From Synergistota bacterium (GTDB lineage: Bacteria > Synergistota > Synergistia > Synergistales > 79-D21), in assembly GCA_022839995.1 (NCBI GenBank), contig JALHIN010000006.1:9539-73538 (forward strand): a stretch of 64,000 nt of DNA, given 5' to 3'. The first letter of the stretch is position 1; each line of letters opens with the position of its first letter. This document shows positions 1 to 9,544 of the stretch, piece by piece. The position numbers were made by a program, and so were the translations under genes. Under the pieces are notes generated by a model. The model worked only from the letters and a program-made list of their open reading frames with translations. It made no database searches and had not been told where the DNA came from.

Positions 1-729
1 GAAATGATCCACGCGGAGCACCGCCACGGGATGATCCAGTCCGCACGGAACGAACGCCTGTCCCTGCTCGCTTTGGCGGTCGCCGTCGCAAGCAAAGGGG
101 AAGCTGCTGCGATGATCATAGCGAACATCGCCCAGGTGGCGATCCTGAATGCATATAGCAGGGACCTCGAAAAAGACGCGGACCTGGGAGCCCTACGAAT
201 CCTCCAGGCATCGGGCTTTCCGGTTTCCGCCGCGGTGACCCTGATGGAAAGGCTGGCGGAAGAGCGGTTGAAACACCCCTACGTCGATCCCGGTGTTTTC
301 ATGGACCACCCGGACCTTCCCGAGAGAATCCTTTACATGGTCAAGTTCATCCGGGATTCCGGCTGGCCTTTAAACCGGAAGGAACCTCTTCACCTGCTGA
401 GGGTTACCATCGAACCTCAAGGAGAACGGCTTGTGATGAGCCTGGACGGGAAAGCGGCCTGGCAGGGACCTTCGAGCGACAAGAGCCGGTCCCTGATGGA
501 GAGAACCAAAAAAGGGCTTGATCGGTACTTCCAGATGGAACTGATGTCCAGCGAGATCGGAGTCGTGAGGGATGAAAAGGGCAGGGTCCTCCGGGTCGGC
601 CAGGGGGCCATCGTACGAGAAAGCGACCTTCCGGCGGGAATGGATTCCCTGGATGTCTTTTCGGAAAACCTGAAAAAAGCCTTAATCGAAGCCCAGCGGG
701 TCCATCCCATGGGACATTACCTCCTTTAG
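1..729 (+). CDS. M48-family zinc metallopeptidase, C-terminal part (5' end outside window)
   Basis: Frame 1 is open from base 1. The first residues, (H)EMIHAEHRHG, fit the M48 HExxH region, and EKDADLGAL fits the downstream Glu-ligand region. Stop at 727-729. Confidence 0.7.
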   Translation, partial: EMIHAEHRHGMIQSARNERLSLLALAVAVASKGEAAAMIIANIAQVAILNAYSRDLEKDADLGALRILQASGFPVSAAVTLMERLAEERLKHPYVDPGVFMDHPDLPERILYMVKFIRDSGWPLNRKEPLHLLRVTIEPQGERLVMSLDGKAAWQGPSSDKSRSLMERTKKGLDRYFQMELMSSEIGVVRDEKGRVLRVGQGAIVRESDLPAGMDSLDVFSENLKKALIEAQRVHPMGHYLL

Positions 730-747
730 GAAAGGAGCCAACCTGGG

Positions 748-2535
748 ATGATCGAGAAAGAAGCCTTCCCTTCGGCGGTTCGGTATGTTTCCATCTATCG
801 GCGTTACCGACCCTTGCGATTCGAGGAGGTTGTCGGACAGGACCCGGCCGTCTCGGTTCTCAAGCGTTCCCTAGAAACCGGTAAGACCGTACACGCCTAC
901 CTGTTTTCCGGACCCAGGGGGTGCGGAAAAACATCCCTGGCGCGGATTCTCTCGAAGGCTCTCAATTGCCAGGATGGAACCCAAAAGGCAGAACCTTGCG
1001 GAATTTGCCCGAGCTGCCTGGCGATCACGGCGGGCGAAAGCCTGGATGTTGTAGAAATCGACGGTGCTTCCAACCGGGGGATTGACGAGGTCAGGGAACT
1101 GAAGGCCCATGTCTCGCTTGCACCGTTTTCTTCCCGCCGGAAGATCTACATCATCGACGAAGTTCACATGCTCACCGAGCCGGCATTCAACGCCCTTCTA
1201 AAGACGCTCGAGGAACCCCCCGCCCATGCCGTTTTCATCCTAGCGACCACGGAACCCCAGAAGGTCCCGGTAACGATTCGTTCCCGGTGTCAGCACATCC
1301 CTTTCCGCAGGATTTCAGGAAGGGACATCGCAACGCGGTTGGCCCTGGTTTGCGAAAAGGAGGGGATACCCGCGGATGAGGCTGCCCTCTGGGAACTCGC
1401 AAGGCAGGCGGACGGGGCAATGCGTGATGCCCTGTCGCTCCTTGAGCAGGCGATCCCCGTCGGGGCGGGCTCCGTGACGCTGGATTCCGTCCGGGCTCTT
1501 TTGGGGGGCGGGAGCCGTTCCGAGATGGAGAGGTTCGTTGCTTCCTTCCGCTCAAGGCCCGAAAAAGCCGTCTCAGAACTCATGGACTCTCTGAGGAAGG
1601 GAACTTCCATGGAAAGGGTCCTGGAAAACCTGTTCCTCATCTTCCGGGACCTATGGATCCTGAAAGCGTGGGGAGAAACTGCCTTGGAGGGGCTGGAGCT
1701 CTCCCGGGAGGAGAGATCGTTCCTTCTCGGGGAAGTCGGTTTCTGGACGGCGGAGGGGCTTCGCGACTGCCTGGAGACTCTTTCCCGCATGATCGGCCGA
1801 TCTCGGACGGGAATCCGGACCGATGTCCTGGCCGGGCTCCTTCTCGAGGGGCTTCTGCCGGCTGCCTCGGCTTCGTGTCCGAACGGGACCGGGGCAGAGA
1901 TGCCGCTTCAGGAGAGGGAGCCTCATACCCCGAGGACAAGGATTTCCCAGCCTTCTCCTGCCGTCTTGGACCGGCAAAAGGAACCGGCCGGAAATACCGC
2001 GCCCGCAATGGATATCGATGCGGTACGCCGTTTCTGGCTGGGTCTACTGGAAAGCCGGGACCCGGAGGATCGGCAGATTTCCGCGGCTCTGGTCCCAGCT
2101 CGTGTTTTATCCGGGGAGAGCGGCATCGAGGTGTCCTTTTCCACCCGTGATCGCTTCTGCTTCGAGCTGATCCGGCTGGAACGAAACCTGAGGCGTTTCC
2201 ATACCTTGAAGGAAAGTGCCCTGGGAGACCTGCCTTTCGCGTTCAACTGCGGAAAGGACCGGTTTTCCTGGAAAGAACCAGCGGTCAAGGAGGCTTCCCC
2301 ATCAGGGGAAGACGGTTTGTTCCCCTGGCGACAGCGCAAAGCCCAGGCAGAAAAGCCGGAGAGGGGTGTTCGAACACCGGAAACCGGGACGAAAGTCGAA
2401 ACTCCCCCGGAAGATCCTGCGATTTCACAGATCGACGAGATGCTCGGCTGGTTCGGCGGGGAAATCCTTCTGGTCAGAACGGACGACCAGGAAAGTGGGA
2501 TAGCTGGATTTGACGAAGGGAGCGTGGGGGAATGA
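748..2535 (+). CDS. dnaX: DNA polymerase III subunit gamma/tau
   Basis: 595-aa ORF with Walker A GPRGCGKTS, zinc module CGICPSC, DEVHML box and SRC motif TIRSRCQ. SD AAAGGAG lies about 10 nt before ATG 748. Confidence 0.95.
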   Translation: MIEKEAFPSAVRYVSIYRRYRPLRFEEVVGQDPAVSVLKRSLETGKTVHAYLFSGPRGCGKTSLARILSKALNCQDGTQKAEPCGICPSCLAITAGESLDVVEIDGASNRGIDEVRELKAHVSLAPFSSRRKIYIIDEVHMLTEPAFNALLKTLEEPPAHAVFILATTEPQKVPVTIRSRCQHIPFRRISGRDIATRLALVCEKEGIPADEAALWELARQADGAMRDALSLLEQAIPVGAGSVTLDSVRALLGGGSRSEMERFVASFRSRPEKAVSELMDSLRKGTSMERVLENLFLIFRDLWILKAWGETALEGLELSREERSFLLGEVGFWTAEGLRDCLETLSRMIGRSRTGIRTDVLAGLLLEGLLPAASASCPNGTGAEMPLQEREPHTPRTRISQPSPAVLDRQKEPAGNTAPAMDIDAVRRFWLGLLESRDPEDRQISAALVPARVLSGESGIEVSFSTRDRFCFELIRLERNLRRFHTLKESALGDLPFAFNCGKDRFSWKEPAVKEASPSGEDGLFPWRQRKAQAEKPERGVRTPETGTKVETPPEDPAISQIDEMLGWFGGEILLVRTDDQESGIAGFDEGSVGE

Positions 2536-5500
2536 AGGATCCTTTCGTTCACCTGCACGTTCATAGCGAATACAGCCTTCTCGATGGGGCAATCCGCTGT
2601 TCGGAAATTGCCGCCAAAGCGGCTGAATGGGGCTCGCCTGCCGTTGCGCTGACTGACCATGGAGCCATGTACGGAGCGGTGGAATTTTACGAAAAATGCC
2701 ACGCTTGCGGAGTCAAACCGCTGATTGGTTGTGAGGTTTATGTGGATCCGCTGGGGCATACCTGCCGGGACCGGAAGGGCGGAAATAACCACCTGATCCT
2801 CCTGGCCCGGGATCTTGAAGGATACCATAACCTGGTCAAGCTGGTTTCGATTGCCAATACCGACGGTTTTTACTACAGACCGAGGATTGACCACGACCTC
2901 CTCGCCCGGTATTCCAAGGGCCTGATCGCTTCTTCCGCCTGCCTGGCCGGAGAAATCCCCTCCTTGATCCTCGAGGGGAACGAAGAGGGGGCAGCGGAGC
3001 GGGCAAGTCTCTACCAGGACATCCTGGGGAAAGGCAATTTCTATTTGGAGGTCATGCACAACGCACTGGCGGAGCAGGCCCTCGTGAACAAGGCGATCGT
3101 CCGCATCGCCAAGAGAACGGGAATCCCCCTGGTGGCGACCAACGACGCCCATTACCTGAATGCCTCGGACGCCTCCTGGCACGACATCCTGCTTTGCGTC
3201 CAGACCAACGCCACAGTCAACGAACCTAACCGCTACCGGTTTGGCGCTTCCGATTTCTACCTTCGCTCCCCCGAGGAAATGTGGACGCTATTCGGGAGGG
3301 AACTGCCCGAGGCGCTGACGAATACCCTTGAAATTGCGGAAAAATGCGACGTCAAGCTCGACTTCAACGTCTACCGGCTTCCCCGGTACGAGGTCCCGGA
3401 AGGGGAAACCCTTGAGAGTTACCTGGAGAAACTCGCCTGGGAAGGGCTGGATGAGCGAATGAACGGGAATCCTCCCCAAGAATACCGGGAGAGGATGTCC
3501 TACGAGCTTGGAGTCATCAAGAAAATGGGCTTCGCCGGGTACTTTCTCGTGGTGTCCGATTTCATCCGGGCGGCCAAGTCCCGAGGCATCCCGGTAGGGC
3601 CCGGGCGGGGGTCGGCGGCAGGATCCCTTGCCGCATGGGCACTGAAGATCACCGAACTGGATCCCATCCGCTACCAACTCCTCTTCGAGCGCTTCCTGAA
3701 TCCTGAGCGGATCAGCATGCCCGACATCGACACGGACATCTCCGACAAGCGCAGGGACGAAGTTCTTGATTACGTCGTGCAGAAATACGGACGGAATCAT
3801 GTCGCCCAGATCATCACCTTCGACCGGATGAAAAGCAAGGGAGCGATCCGCGATGTCGGACGGGCTTTAGGCATCCCCCTTGCGGATGTAAACCGGGTGG
3901 CAAAGAGCGTTCCGGACGGCGTTGGGAGCATTTCCGAGGCCCTGGAGGAGTCGCCGGACCTGTCTCTTTTCCAGAAGAAGGAACCCGCGATCAAGAACCT
4001 TCTTGAAGTGGCAGGAAAGATCGAGGGTCTCGCCCGCCACTGCTCCCAGCATGCCGCAGGGGTTGTGATCTCCCCCGTGGAAGTGACCGACCTGGTTCCC
4101 GTTCGGAAGATCGGGGAGGGCCAGGTGGTTACCCAGTTCGGCATGGAGGCCATCGAAAAACTCGGCCTGGTCAAAATGGATTTCCTGGGGCTGAGAACCC
4201 TTTCCATGATCGAGGACACGCTCGAAAACATCCGGTTGAACGGAAAGGACGTTCCTGACATCAACGCCCTTCCGCTGGATGATCCTTCGACCTTCTCACT
4301 CCTTCAGGCAGGCGACACCCTGGGTGTTTTCCAGCTTGAATCTCCCGGAATGAGGCAACTCCTGAAGAAGATCGTGCCGGATTCCTTCGAGGACCTCGTG
4401 GCGATTCTGGCCCTGTACCGCCCGGGTCCGCTCGAGAGTGGCATGGTGGACCAGTTCATCAACTGCAAGCACGGCAGGTCCGAGGTTGTCTACCCGCACC
4501 CCCTGCTTGAACCCGTCTTGAAGGAAACCTACGGAGTGATCCTGTACCAGGAGCAGGTGATGCAGATCGCGGCGACGCTGGCGGGATTCTCCCTGGGGGA
4601 GGCGGATCTCCTCCGGAGGGCGATGGGTAAAAAGAAAATGGAAGTGATGGAGCAGCAGAGGAAAAAGTTCGTGGATGGCTGTCTCCGTAACGGTGTCGAG
4701 CGGGGCACGGCGGAATCCCTTTTCGATCTCATTCAGAAGTTCGCCGGTTACGGTTTCAACAAGTCCCACAGTGCGGCCTACGCGCTGATCAGTTATCAGA
4801 CCGCCTACCTCAAGGCTCATTACAAGGCCGAATTTTTGGCAGCCTTTCTTTCAAGTCAGATCGGTTCCAGAATGGATGTCCTTGCGCGGTACGTCCGCGA
4901 GGTCAGAAATGCAGGGATACAGGTCCTGCCCCCGGATATCAACGAGTCTGGAGCCACCTTCTCTGCCGTGGGGCGGGTGATCCGCTTCGGTCTAAAGGCA
5001 GTCGCGAAAGCGGGTGAAACTGCCGTGGAGGCGATCCTGCAGGCCAGGCAAACGAAAGGAACCTTCCAATCTCTCTGGGACTTCCTAAACAAGGTTGACC
5101 TGCGAATTGTCAACCGGAGCGTGGTCGAAAACCTCATCAAGGCGGGAGCGTTTTCCGCGATCCATCCGAACCGGAGGCAGCTGCTCGAGAACTTGCCGAT
5201 CCTGATTGACCGCGTGCAGAAAAAACAGAGCGACGGGGCCCAGAGATCCCTGCTGACGCTGGTAGAGGAACTGCCCCGGGAAGAACCCGAGATGGAAGAG
5301 ACGGAAGATTTTTCCGTTCTGGAAACGCTGGACCTGGAAAAGGAGGCCCTGGGACTTTTCATTTCTGGGCATCCGCTGGAAAAAGAGGAAGAGAGGATTG
5401 CGAGGTTTTCGACCTGTCGGATCGCCGACTTGCGTTACTGGAAGGCTCCTGAAACCCAAGCAACCGTCGGCGGCCTCCTAGTGGGCTTTAAGGAAAAAAC

Positions 5501-5939
5501 CACAAAGCGCGGAGACCTGATGGGAATCCTCGAATTCGAAGATACGGAGGCCAGGCTTGAAGTGGTCTGCTTCCCGAAAACCTGGCCTGAGGTCAAGGCA
5601 ATCCTGGATCCCGGAAAAGTCTTTTTTGCCCGGGGGAAGGTCCAGGATCGAGGCGGAATCACGATGGTCGCCGAAGAGATCATCCCGTTGTCGGAGATCG
5701 AGGCCTGCCAGGAACCGTTCGTCAGAATTCGACTGAAGGGCACCGCAGGTGCGCTGCCCTTCAAGGCCATCTGCCGCGAATTGAAGGGGCACGCTGGCGC
5801 TTCTCCGGTGTTACTCGAATACCTGGGCGAGAATTCGGTGACGCTCATCCGGTTGAAGGATATCCGGGTAAAGCCTGAACCATCCCTCGCGGAGCGCCTG
5901 ACGGATCTCTCGGAGGGAGCACTGGAAGTCATCCTGTAA
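2532..5939 (+). CDS. dnaE: DNA polymerase III alpha subunit (DnaE type)
   Basis: 1135-aa ORF. PHP-domain N-terminus FVHLHVHSEYSLLDGA, followed by the polymerase core and a C-terminal OB region. The ATG overlaps the dnaX stop (ATGA at 2532-2535). Confidence 0.97.
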   Translation: MKDPFVHLHVHSEYSLLDGAIRCSEIAAKAAEWGSPAVALTDHGAMYGAVEFYEKCHACGVKPLIGCEVYVDPLGHTCRDRKGGNNHLILLARDLEGYHNLVKLVSIANTDGFYYRPRIDHDLLARYSKGLIASSACLAGEIPSLILEGNEEGAAERASLYQDILGKGNFYLEVMHNALAEQALVNKAIVRIAKRTGIPLVATNDAHYLNASDASWHDILLCVQTNATVNEPNRYRFGASDFYLRSPEEMWTLFGRELPEALTNTLEIAEKCDVKLDFNVYRLPRYEVPEGETLESYLEKLAWEGLDERMNGNPPQEYRERMSYELGVIKKMGFAGYFLVVSDFIRAAKSRGIPVGPGRGSAAGSLAAWALKITELDPIRYQLLFERFLNPERISMPDIDTDISDKRRDEVLDYVVQKYGRNHVAQIITFDRMKSKGAIRDVGRALGIPLADVNRVAKSVPDGVGSISEALEESPDLSLFQKKEPAIKNLLEVAGKIEGLARHCSQHAAGVVISPVEVTDLVPVRKIGEGQVVTQFGMEAIEKLGLVKMDFLGLRTLSMIEDTLENIRLNGKDVPDINALPLDDPSTFSLLQAGDTLGVFQLESPGMRQLLKKIVPDSFEDLVAILALYRPGPLESGMVDQFINCKHGRSEVVYPHPLLEPVLKETYGVILYQEQVMQIAATLAGFSLGEADLLRRAMGKKKMEVMEQQRKKFVDGCLRNGVERGTAESLFDLIQKFAGYGFNKSHSAAYALISYQTAYLKAHYKAEFLAAFLSSQIGSRMDVLARYVREVRNAGIQVLPPDINESGATFSAVGRVIRFGLKAVAKAGETAVEAILQARQTKGTFQSLWDFLNKVDLRIVNRSVVENLIKAGAFSAIHPNRRQLLENLPILIDRVQKKQSDGAQRSLLTLVEELPREEPEMEETEDFSVLETLDLEKEALGLFISGHPLEKEEERIARFSTCRIADLRYWKAPETQATVGGLLVGFKEKTTKRGDLMGILEFEDTEARLEVVCFPKTWPEVKAILDPGKVFFARGKVQDRGGITMVAEEIIPLSEIEACQEPFVRIRLKGTAGALPFKAICRELKGHAGASPVLLEYLGENSVTLIRLKDIRVKPEPSLAERLTDLSEGALEVIL

Positions 5940-5963
5940 TTCCTCGAAACGGAGGGAAATCCA

Positions 5964-6224
5964 ATGCGAGAAGAAGCGGGAGAAGTCAAGTCCGTCCTGA
6001 GCGACTACCTTGTCATCAAGGCCCTCGAGAATGGAGTCACGGTGATCGGGCTCACGAGGGGGCAGGAGACCAAGTTCAGCCATACCGAGAAACTCGATGC
6101 AGGGGAGGTCTGGATTTCCCAGTTCACGGAGCACACTTCGGCGATGAAAATCAGGGGAGCCGCTGAAATCTACACCAAGCACGGCAGAATCCTTTGCGGG
6201 AGGTTGCAGGATGAAAAAGGTTAA
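5964..6224 (+). CDS. mtrB: trp RNA-binding attenuation protein (TRAP/MtrB) homologue
   Basis: 86-aa [24 protein letters not shown]...EKLDAGEV...[13 protein letters not shown] aligns by eye with B. subtilis MtrB as I recall it. SD GGAGGG lies 8 nt before the ATG. Confidence 0.85.
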   Translation: MREEAGEVKSVLSDYLVIKALENGVTVIGLTRGQETKFSHTEKLDAGEVWISQFTEHTSAMKIRGAAEIYTKHGRILCGRLQDEKG

Positions 6225-7968
6225 GATTGTCTGTACGCTGGGCCCTGCCTGTCGATCCAGGGAAACGCTTGCCGGTATGGTCAGGGCAGGGATGAATGTT
6301 GCCCGGTTGAACTTCAGCCACGGATCGTACGAAAGCCACGGGGAGAATGTCGAAAACATCCGGGCGGTGGAGAAGCAGCTTGGAATCCCGATCGCAACGA
6401 TTCTCGACACGAAAGGGCCGGAAATCCGAACGGGCAAACTGTTTAACGGCCTCTCCGTCAACCTTGTCCGGGGACAGGTCTTCCGGTTTGTCGCCCATGA
6501 CGTGATGGGGACAGAGAACCAGGTTTCGATCAGCCATCCGCAGGTTTGCAGGGAACTCAACCCCGGCCAGGATGTCTTCATCGACGACGGTAGCCTGCAC
6601 TTGAAAGTCCTCCAGGCGGGCGACACGGAGCTTTTGATGGAAGTCCTCGTCGGTGGGGAACTGGGGGAACAGAAGGGAGTCAGTTTCCCCGGAGCGAAGC
6701 TGAAAATCCCCACTTTGACCGGAAAAGACCGTGAAGATATCCGCTGGGGACTCGATCACGGGCTTGATTATATCGCCGTCTCCTTTGTCCGCAGCCGGGA
6801 CGACATCATGGAGGTCCGACGGGTCATGGAGGAGATGGGCGGAGCGATGAAGATCATCGCGAAGATCGAGACAAGCGAAGCCGTTTCAGCGCTGGAAGAG
6901 ATCGTCGAGGTCGTCGATGGCTTAATGGTTGCGAGGGGAGACCTTGGGGTGGAACTCCCCGCCGAAGAAGTTCCGCTGATCCAGAAGCGCATGATTGACC
7001 TGGGCCGGTCTCAAGGGAAGCCGGTCATCGTCGCCACACAGATGCTTGACTCGATGATCCGGAACCCGAGGCCGACAAGGGCAGAAGTGAATGACGTCGC
7101 GAACGCGGTTCTGGACGGAGCGGACGCGGTGATGTTGTCCGGCGAAACGGCGAAAGGCGCATACCCTGTCCAGGCCGTGGAAACGATGGCTCGCATCATC
7201 GCAAGAACGGAGAAGGAAATTCGTGTCTGGCAAAGGCCTTCGTCACTTCCCCAGGTGGCCTCCCAGACGGTTCCTGATGCCGTAAGCCATGCGGCCGTGA
7301 CGATCGCCGAACAGATGCAGGCGAAGGTGATCCTGTCCCTGACCCAAAGCGGCAGCACGGCAAGAATGGTCAGCAAGTACAGGCCCGGCTGTCCGATAGC
7401 GGGTGTAACGGCGGATCGCAGGACATGGAGAGAGCTCGCGCTTGTGTGGGGGGTCGTTCCGATCCTGACCGGGAAGACCCATGCAGAGGAACGGGAAATG
7501 GTGGAGTCGGGCCTTATGGCCACCCTGGCGGAAGGGATGGCCTCCGAAGGGGATATCGTTGTCGTCACGTCCGGTATGCCGACCGGTATTGCCGGCACGA
7601 CCGATATGGTCAGGGTGCACACGGTCGGCAGGATTGTCGTGAAGGGCATTTCCCTGGTTCGAAAGGAAGCCTATGGCCCAGTGGTCAAGGGAACTACCGC
7701 TGCCGAGGCCAGGAGCAAGATGCGCCCAGGAGCCGTTCTTGTGGCAAGGCAGACGGACCGGGAATATGTGGATGTCATTCGAATGGCCTCGGCGATCATC
7801 TGCGAGGAAGGTGGGCTCACGAGCCATGCCGCTATCCTCGCCCTGGAGATGGGCATCCCCTGCGTCGTTTCTGCAACGGATGCCCTGAAGCTCCTCGAAG
7901 ACGGGATGTTGGTCACCGTGGACGGTTCTCGTGGCCTGGTCTATCACGGCAAGGTAACCGTGAGATAA
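6211..7968 (+). CDS. pyk: pyruvate kinase with C-terminal PEP-utilizer swivel domain
   Basis: 585 aa. N-terminus KIVCTLGPA...[11 protein letters not shown]. The C-terminal ~100 aa carry the GGLTSHAAI phosphohistidine-type motif, as in Bacillus/Geobacillus PK. Confidence 0.97.
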   Translation: MKKVKIVCTLGPACRSRETLAGMVRAGMNVARLNFSHGSYESHGENVENIRAVEKQLGIPIATILDTKGPEIRTGKLFNGLSVNLVRGQVFRFVAHDVMGTENQVSISHPQVCRELNPGQDVFIDDGSLHLKVLQAGDTELLMEVLVGGELGEQKGVSFPGAKLKIPTLTGKDREDIRWGLDHGLDYIAVSFVRSRDDIMEVRRVMEEMGGAMKIIAKIETSEAVSALEEIVEVVDGLMVARGDLGVELPAEEVPLIQKRMIDLGRSQGKPVIVATQMLDSMIRNPRPTRAEVNDVANAVLDGADAVMLSGETAKGAYPVQAVETMARIIARTEKEIRVWQRPSSLPQVASQTVPDAVSHAAVTIAEQMQAKVILSLTQSGSTARMVSKYRPGCPIAGVTADRRTWRELALVWGVVPILTGKTHAEEREMVESGLMATLAEGMASEGDIVVVTSGMPTGIAGTTDMVRVHTVGRIVVKGISLVRKEAYGPVVKGTTAAEARSKMRPGAVLVARQTDREYVDVIRMASAIICEEGGLTSHAAILALEMGIPCVVSATDALKLLEDGMLVTVDGSRGLVYHGKVTVR

Positions 7969-7988
7969 AGGTAGGCAAGAGAGGGAAA

Positions 7989-8588
7989 ATGCTCTGGGAA
8001 AAACTGCAAAGGGAAGGAATACCAACCGCCTGCCCCGGCTGGGAAACGATCCCGTCCGCGGGGAAGTTCCGCCAAAGCGCGGTGCTTGTCCTTCTTTGCG
8101 GGGATGAAGAAGATGAAAGAGTATTGCTGATCCGGCGCCCCCTGCATATGAACCGTCACGCCGGAGAGATCGGTTTCCCCGGGGGGAGGAGGGAACCCTC
8201 CGACAGGAGCCCTTTCGAAACGGCGATACGGGAGGCACAGGAGGAAATCGGCCTTGATCCGGCACGGGTTCGACTGTACGGGATGCTGGAAAGGGAATTT
8301 GCCTATACAAGCGATTTCGAGATCCACCCCGTGCTTGCCCTTCATGAGCCCGGGGCAGTTTCGTTCCCGCGCTTTGACCGCAACGAGGTGGATGAAATCC
8401 TGCTCCCGAAAGTGGAGGAATTCCTTTGCCCTCCCCGCCTGGAATGGGGGACGCACGGGAACGTTCACATCCTTTTTCCCGTCTTCGAGCTTTCCGGAAA
8501 CTGCCGGGTTTGGGGAGCGACAGCCAGGATCCTTTGGCAGTTGGGCCGCGTCCTGAAGAGGACTGTGGAGGAAACCGCGTGTCGCTGA
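7989..8588 (+). CDS. Nudix hydrolase, CoA pyrophosphatase-like
   Basis: The long ORF 7425..8588 is trimmed to ATG 7989, which is preceded by GAGAGGGA. Nudix box GGRREPSD...ETAIREAQEEIGL and the upstream LLIRRPLHMNRHAGEIGFPGG signature are typical of CoA diphosphatases. Confidence 0.85.
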   Translation: MLWEKLQREGIPTACPGWETIPSAGKFRQSAVLVLLCGDEEDERVLLIRRPLHMNRHAGEIGFPGGRREPSDRSPFETAIREAQEEIGLDPARVRLYGMLEREFAYTSDFEIHPVLALHEPGAVSFPRFDRNEVDEILLPKVEEFLCPPRLEWGTHGNVHILFPVFELSGNCRVWGATARILWQLGRVLKRTVEETACR

Positions 8589-9421
8589 TCGGACTGCATG
8601 TTTCGATCTCGGGAGGATTCCTCAAGGCGATTGAGCGCGGCAAAACGTTCGGTTGCGAGGCAATCCAAATTTTCACAAAAAACCAGCTCCAGTGGAAGGC
8701 GCCTCCAATCTCGCCCTCACAGGGGATCGCCTTCCTGAAGGCTCTCAGGGAAAGCGGCATCAGGCAGGTCGTTGCCCATGCCTCCTACCTCATCAACCTT
8801 GCCGCCGAGGGGGACCAGAGGAGAAGAAGCCTTGAGGCGCTGATCGATGAGATCGACCGGTGCGACCAGCTGGGGATCGGTGAGCTGGTGCTGCACCCCG
8901 GGGCCCACCTTGGAATCGGGGCGGAAAAGGGAATAGCGAATCTGCTTGAAGGGCTCCGAGCCGTGCTGGATAGGACCAGCCACCAGAAGGTGAGAATCCT
9001 CCTGGAAACGATGGCAGGGCAGGGAACGGTCATTGGAGCGAGGCTTGAAGAGTTCAGAAATGTTCTGGAAGGGCTGGACTGGCACGAACGGCTGGGCCTT
9101 TGCCTGGATACCTGCCACCTCTTCGCTGCAGGCTACGAGCTTCGCGAACGCTCGTCTTACGAACACTTCGCTCGCGGAATTGAGAGAACCTTCGGCCTCC
9201 GGAGAATCGGTTGCTGGCACCTGAACGACTCGAGAACCGAAAAAGGGAGCCTTCGTGACCGTCACCAGCACCTCGGGGACGGAGAACTGGGGTTGAAGTT
9301 TTTTTCCATGCTGCTGAATGACGGGCGGTGGGAAGATGTCCCGTTGATCCTGGAAACCCCGAAGGACGGACCGGGTGACGCCCGGAACATGGCTCTGCTG
9401 AGAAAGTTGAGGGGGCATTAA
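8579..9421 (+). CDS. nfo: deoxyribonuclease IV (endonuclease IV)
   Basis: ORF 8426..9421 is trimmed to GTG 8579, giving VSLIGLHVSISGG, the typical Nfo N-terminus. AP-endonuclease-2 TIM-barrel motifs present (HASYLINLA, LETMAGQG, DTCH). The start overlaps the Nudix stop. Confidence 0.9.
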   Translation: MSLIGLHVSISGGFLKAIERGKTFGCEAIQIFTKNQLQWKAPPISPSQGIAFLKALRESGIRQVVAHASYLINLAAEGDQRRRSLEALIDEIDRCDQLGIGELVLHPGAHLGIGAEKGIANLLEGLRAVLDRTSHQKVRILLETMAGQGTVIGARLEEFRNVLEGLDWHERLGLCLDTCHLFAAGYELRERSSYEHFARGIERTFGLRRIGCWHLNDSRTEKGSLRDRHQHLGDGELGLKFFSMLLNDGRWEDVPLILETPKDGPGDARNMALLRKLRGH

Positions 9422-9489
9422 GCGGTTCCGGGAAAGAATTGGGATAAACTAAACGGAGAAGGGGAAAAGGGTCTTCCGCCTGGCTCCAT

Positions 9490-9516
9490 CCCGCAAATCC
9501 TCAGGGTGCGGTTTTT
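9490..9516 (+). terminator. weak intrinsic-terminator-like hairpin after nfo
   Basis: CCGCA-(11 nt)-TGCGG followed by TTTTT. The stem is only 5 bp and is nested inside a longer 7-bp pairing (9478-9484 with 9520-9526). Confidence 0.3.
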
Positions 9517-9544
9517 GTGGCCAGGCTTTCCAAAGGAGGCATCC

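Noticed and set aside
1555-1570. Possible dnaX programmed frameshift/slippage site (GAAAAAG in ...CCC GAA AAA GCC...).
   Set aside because: There are only five A residues, it is not an X XXY YYZ heptamer in the zero frame, and I saw no downstream stem-loop. Nothing supports separate gamma production by this route.
1923-3182. 419-aa minus-strand ORF antisense to dnaX/dnaE. Similar long antisense ORFs occur at 7243..8760, 20427..21995, 21263..22882, 23572..25098, 25496..26611, 29778..31562, 32097..33761, 39801..40781, 41952..43289 and 52744..53571.
   Set aside because: All lie opposite strongly conserved genes. Their translations are low-complexity, Arg/Pro/Gly/Ser-rich strings with no recognisable motifs. 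Such stop-free antisense frames are expected in GC-rich coding DNA.
5940-6215. Search for a TRAP-binding (G/U)AG-N2-3 repeat array around the mtrB/pyk junction and in the other leaders of the window.
   Set aside because: Only isolated GAG triplets at irregular, long spacing were seen, nothing like 9-11 phased repeats. I could not scan all 64 kb exhaustively by eye.
9431-9455. 11-nt identity ATAAACTAAAC shared between 9443-region and 38596-region.
   Set aside because: Hundreds of chance 11-mer repeats are expected in a 64-kb window, and the flanks do not extend the match.
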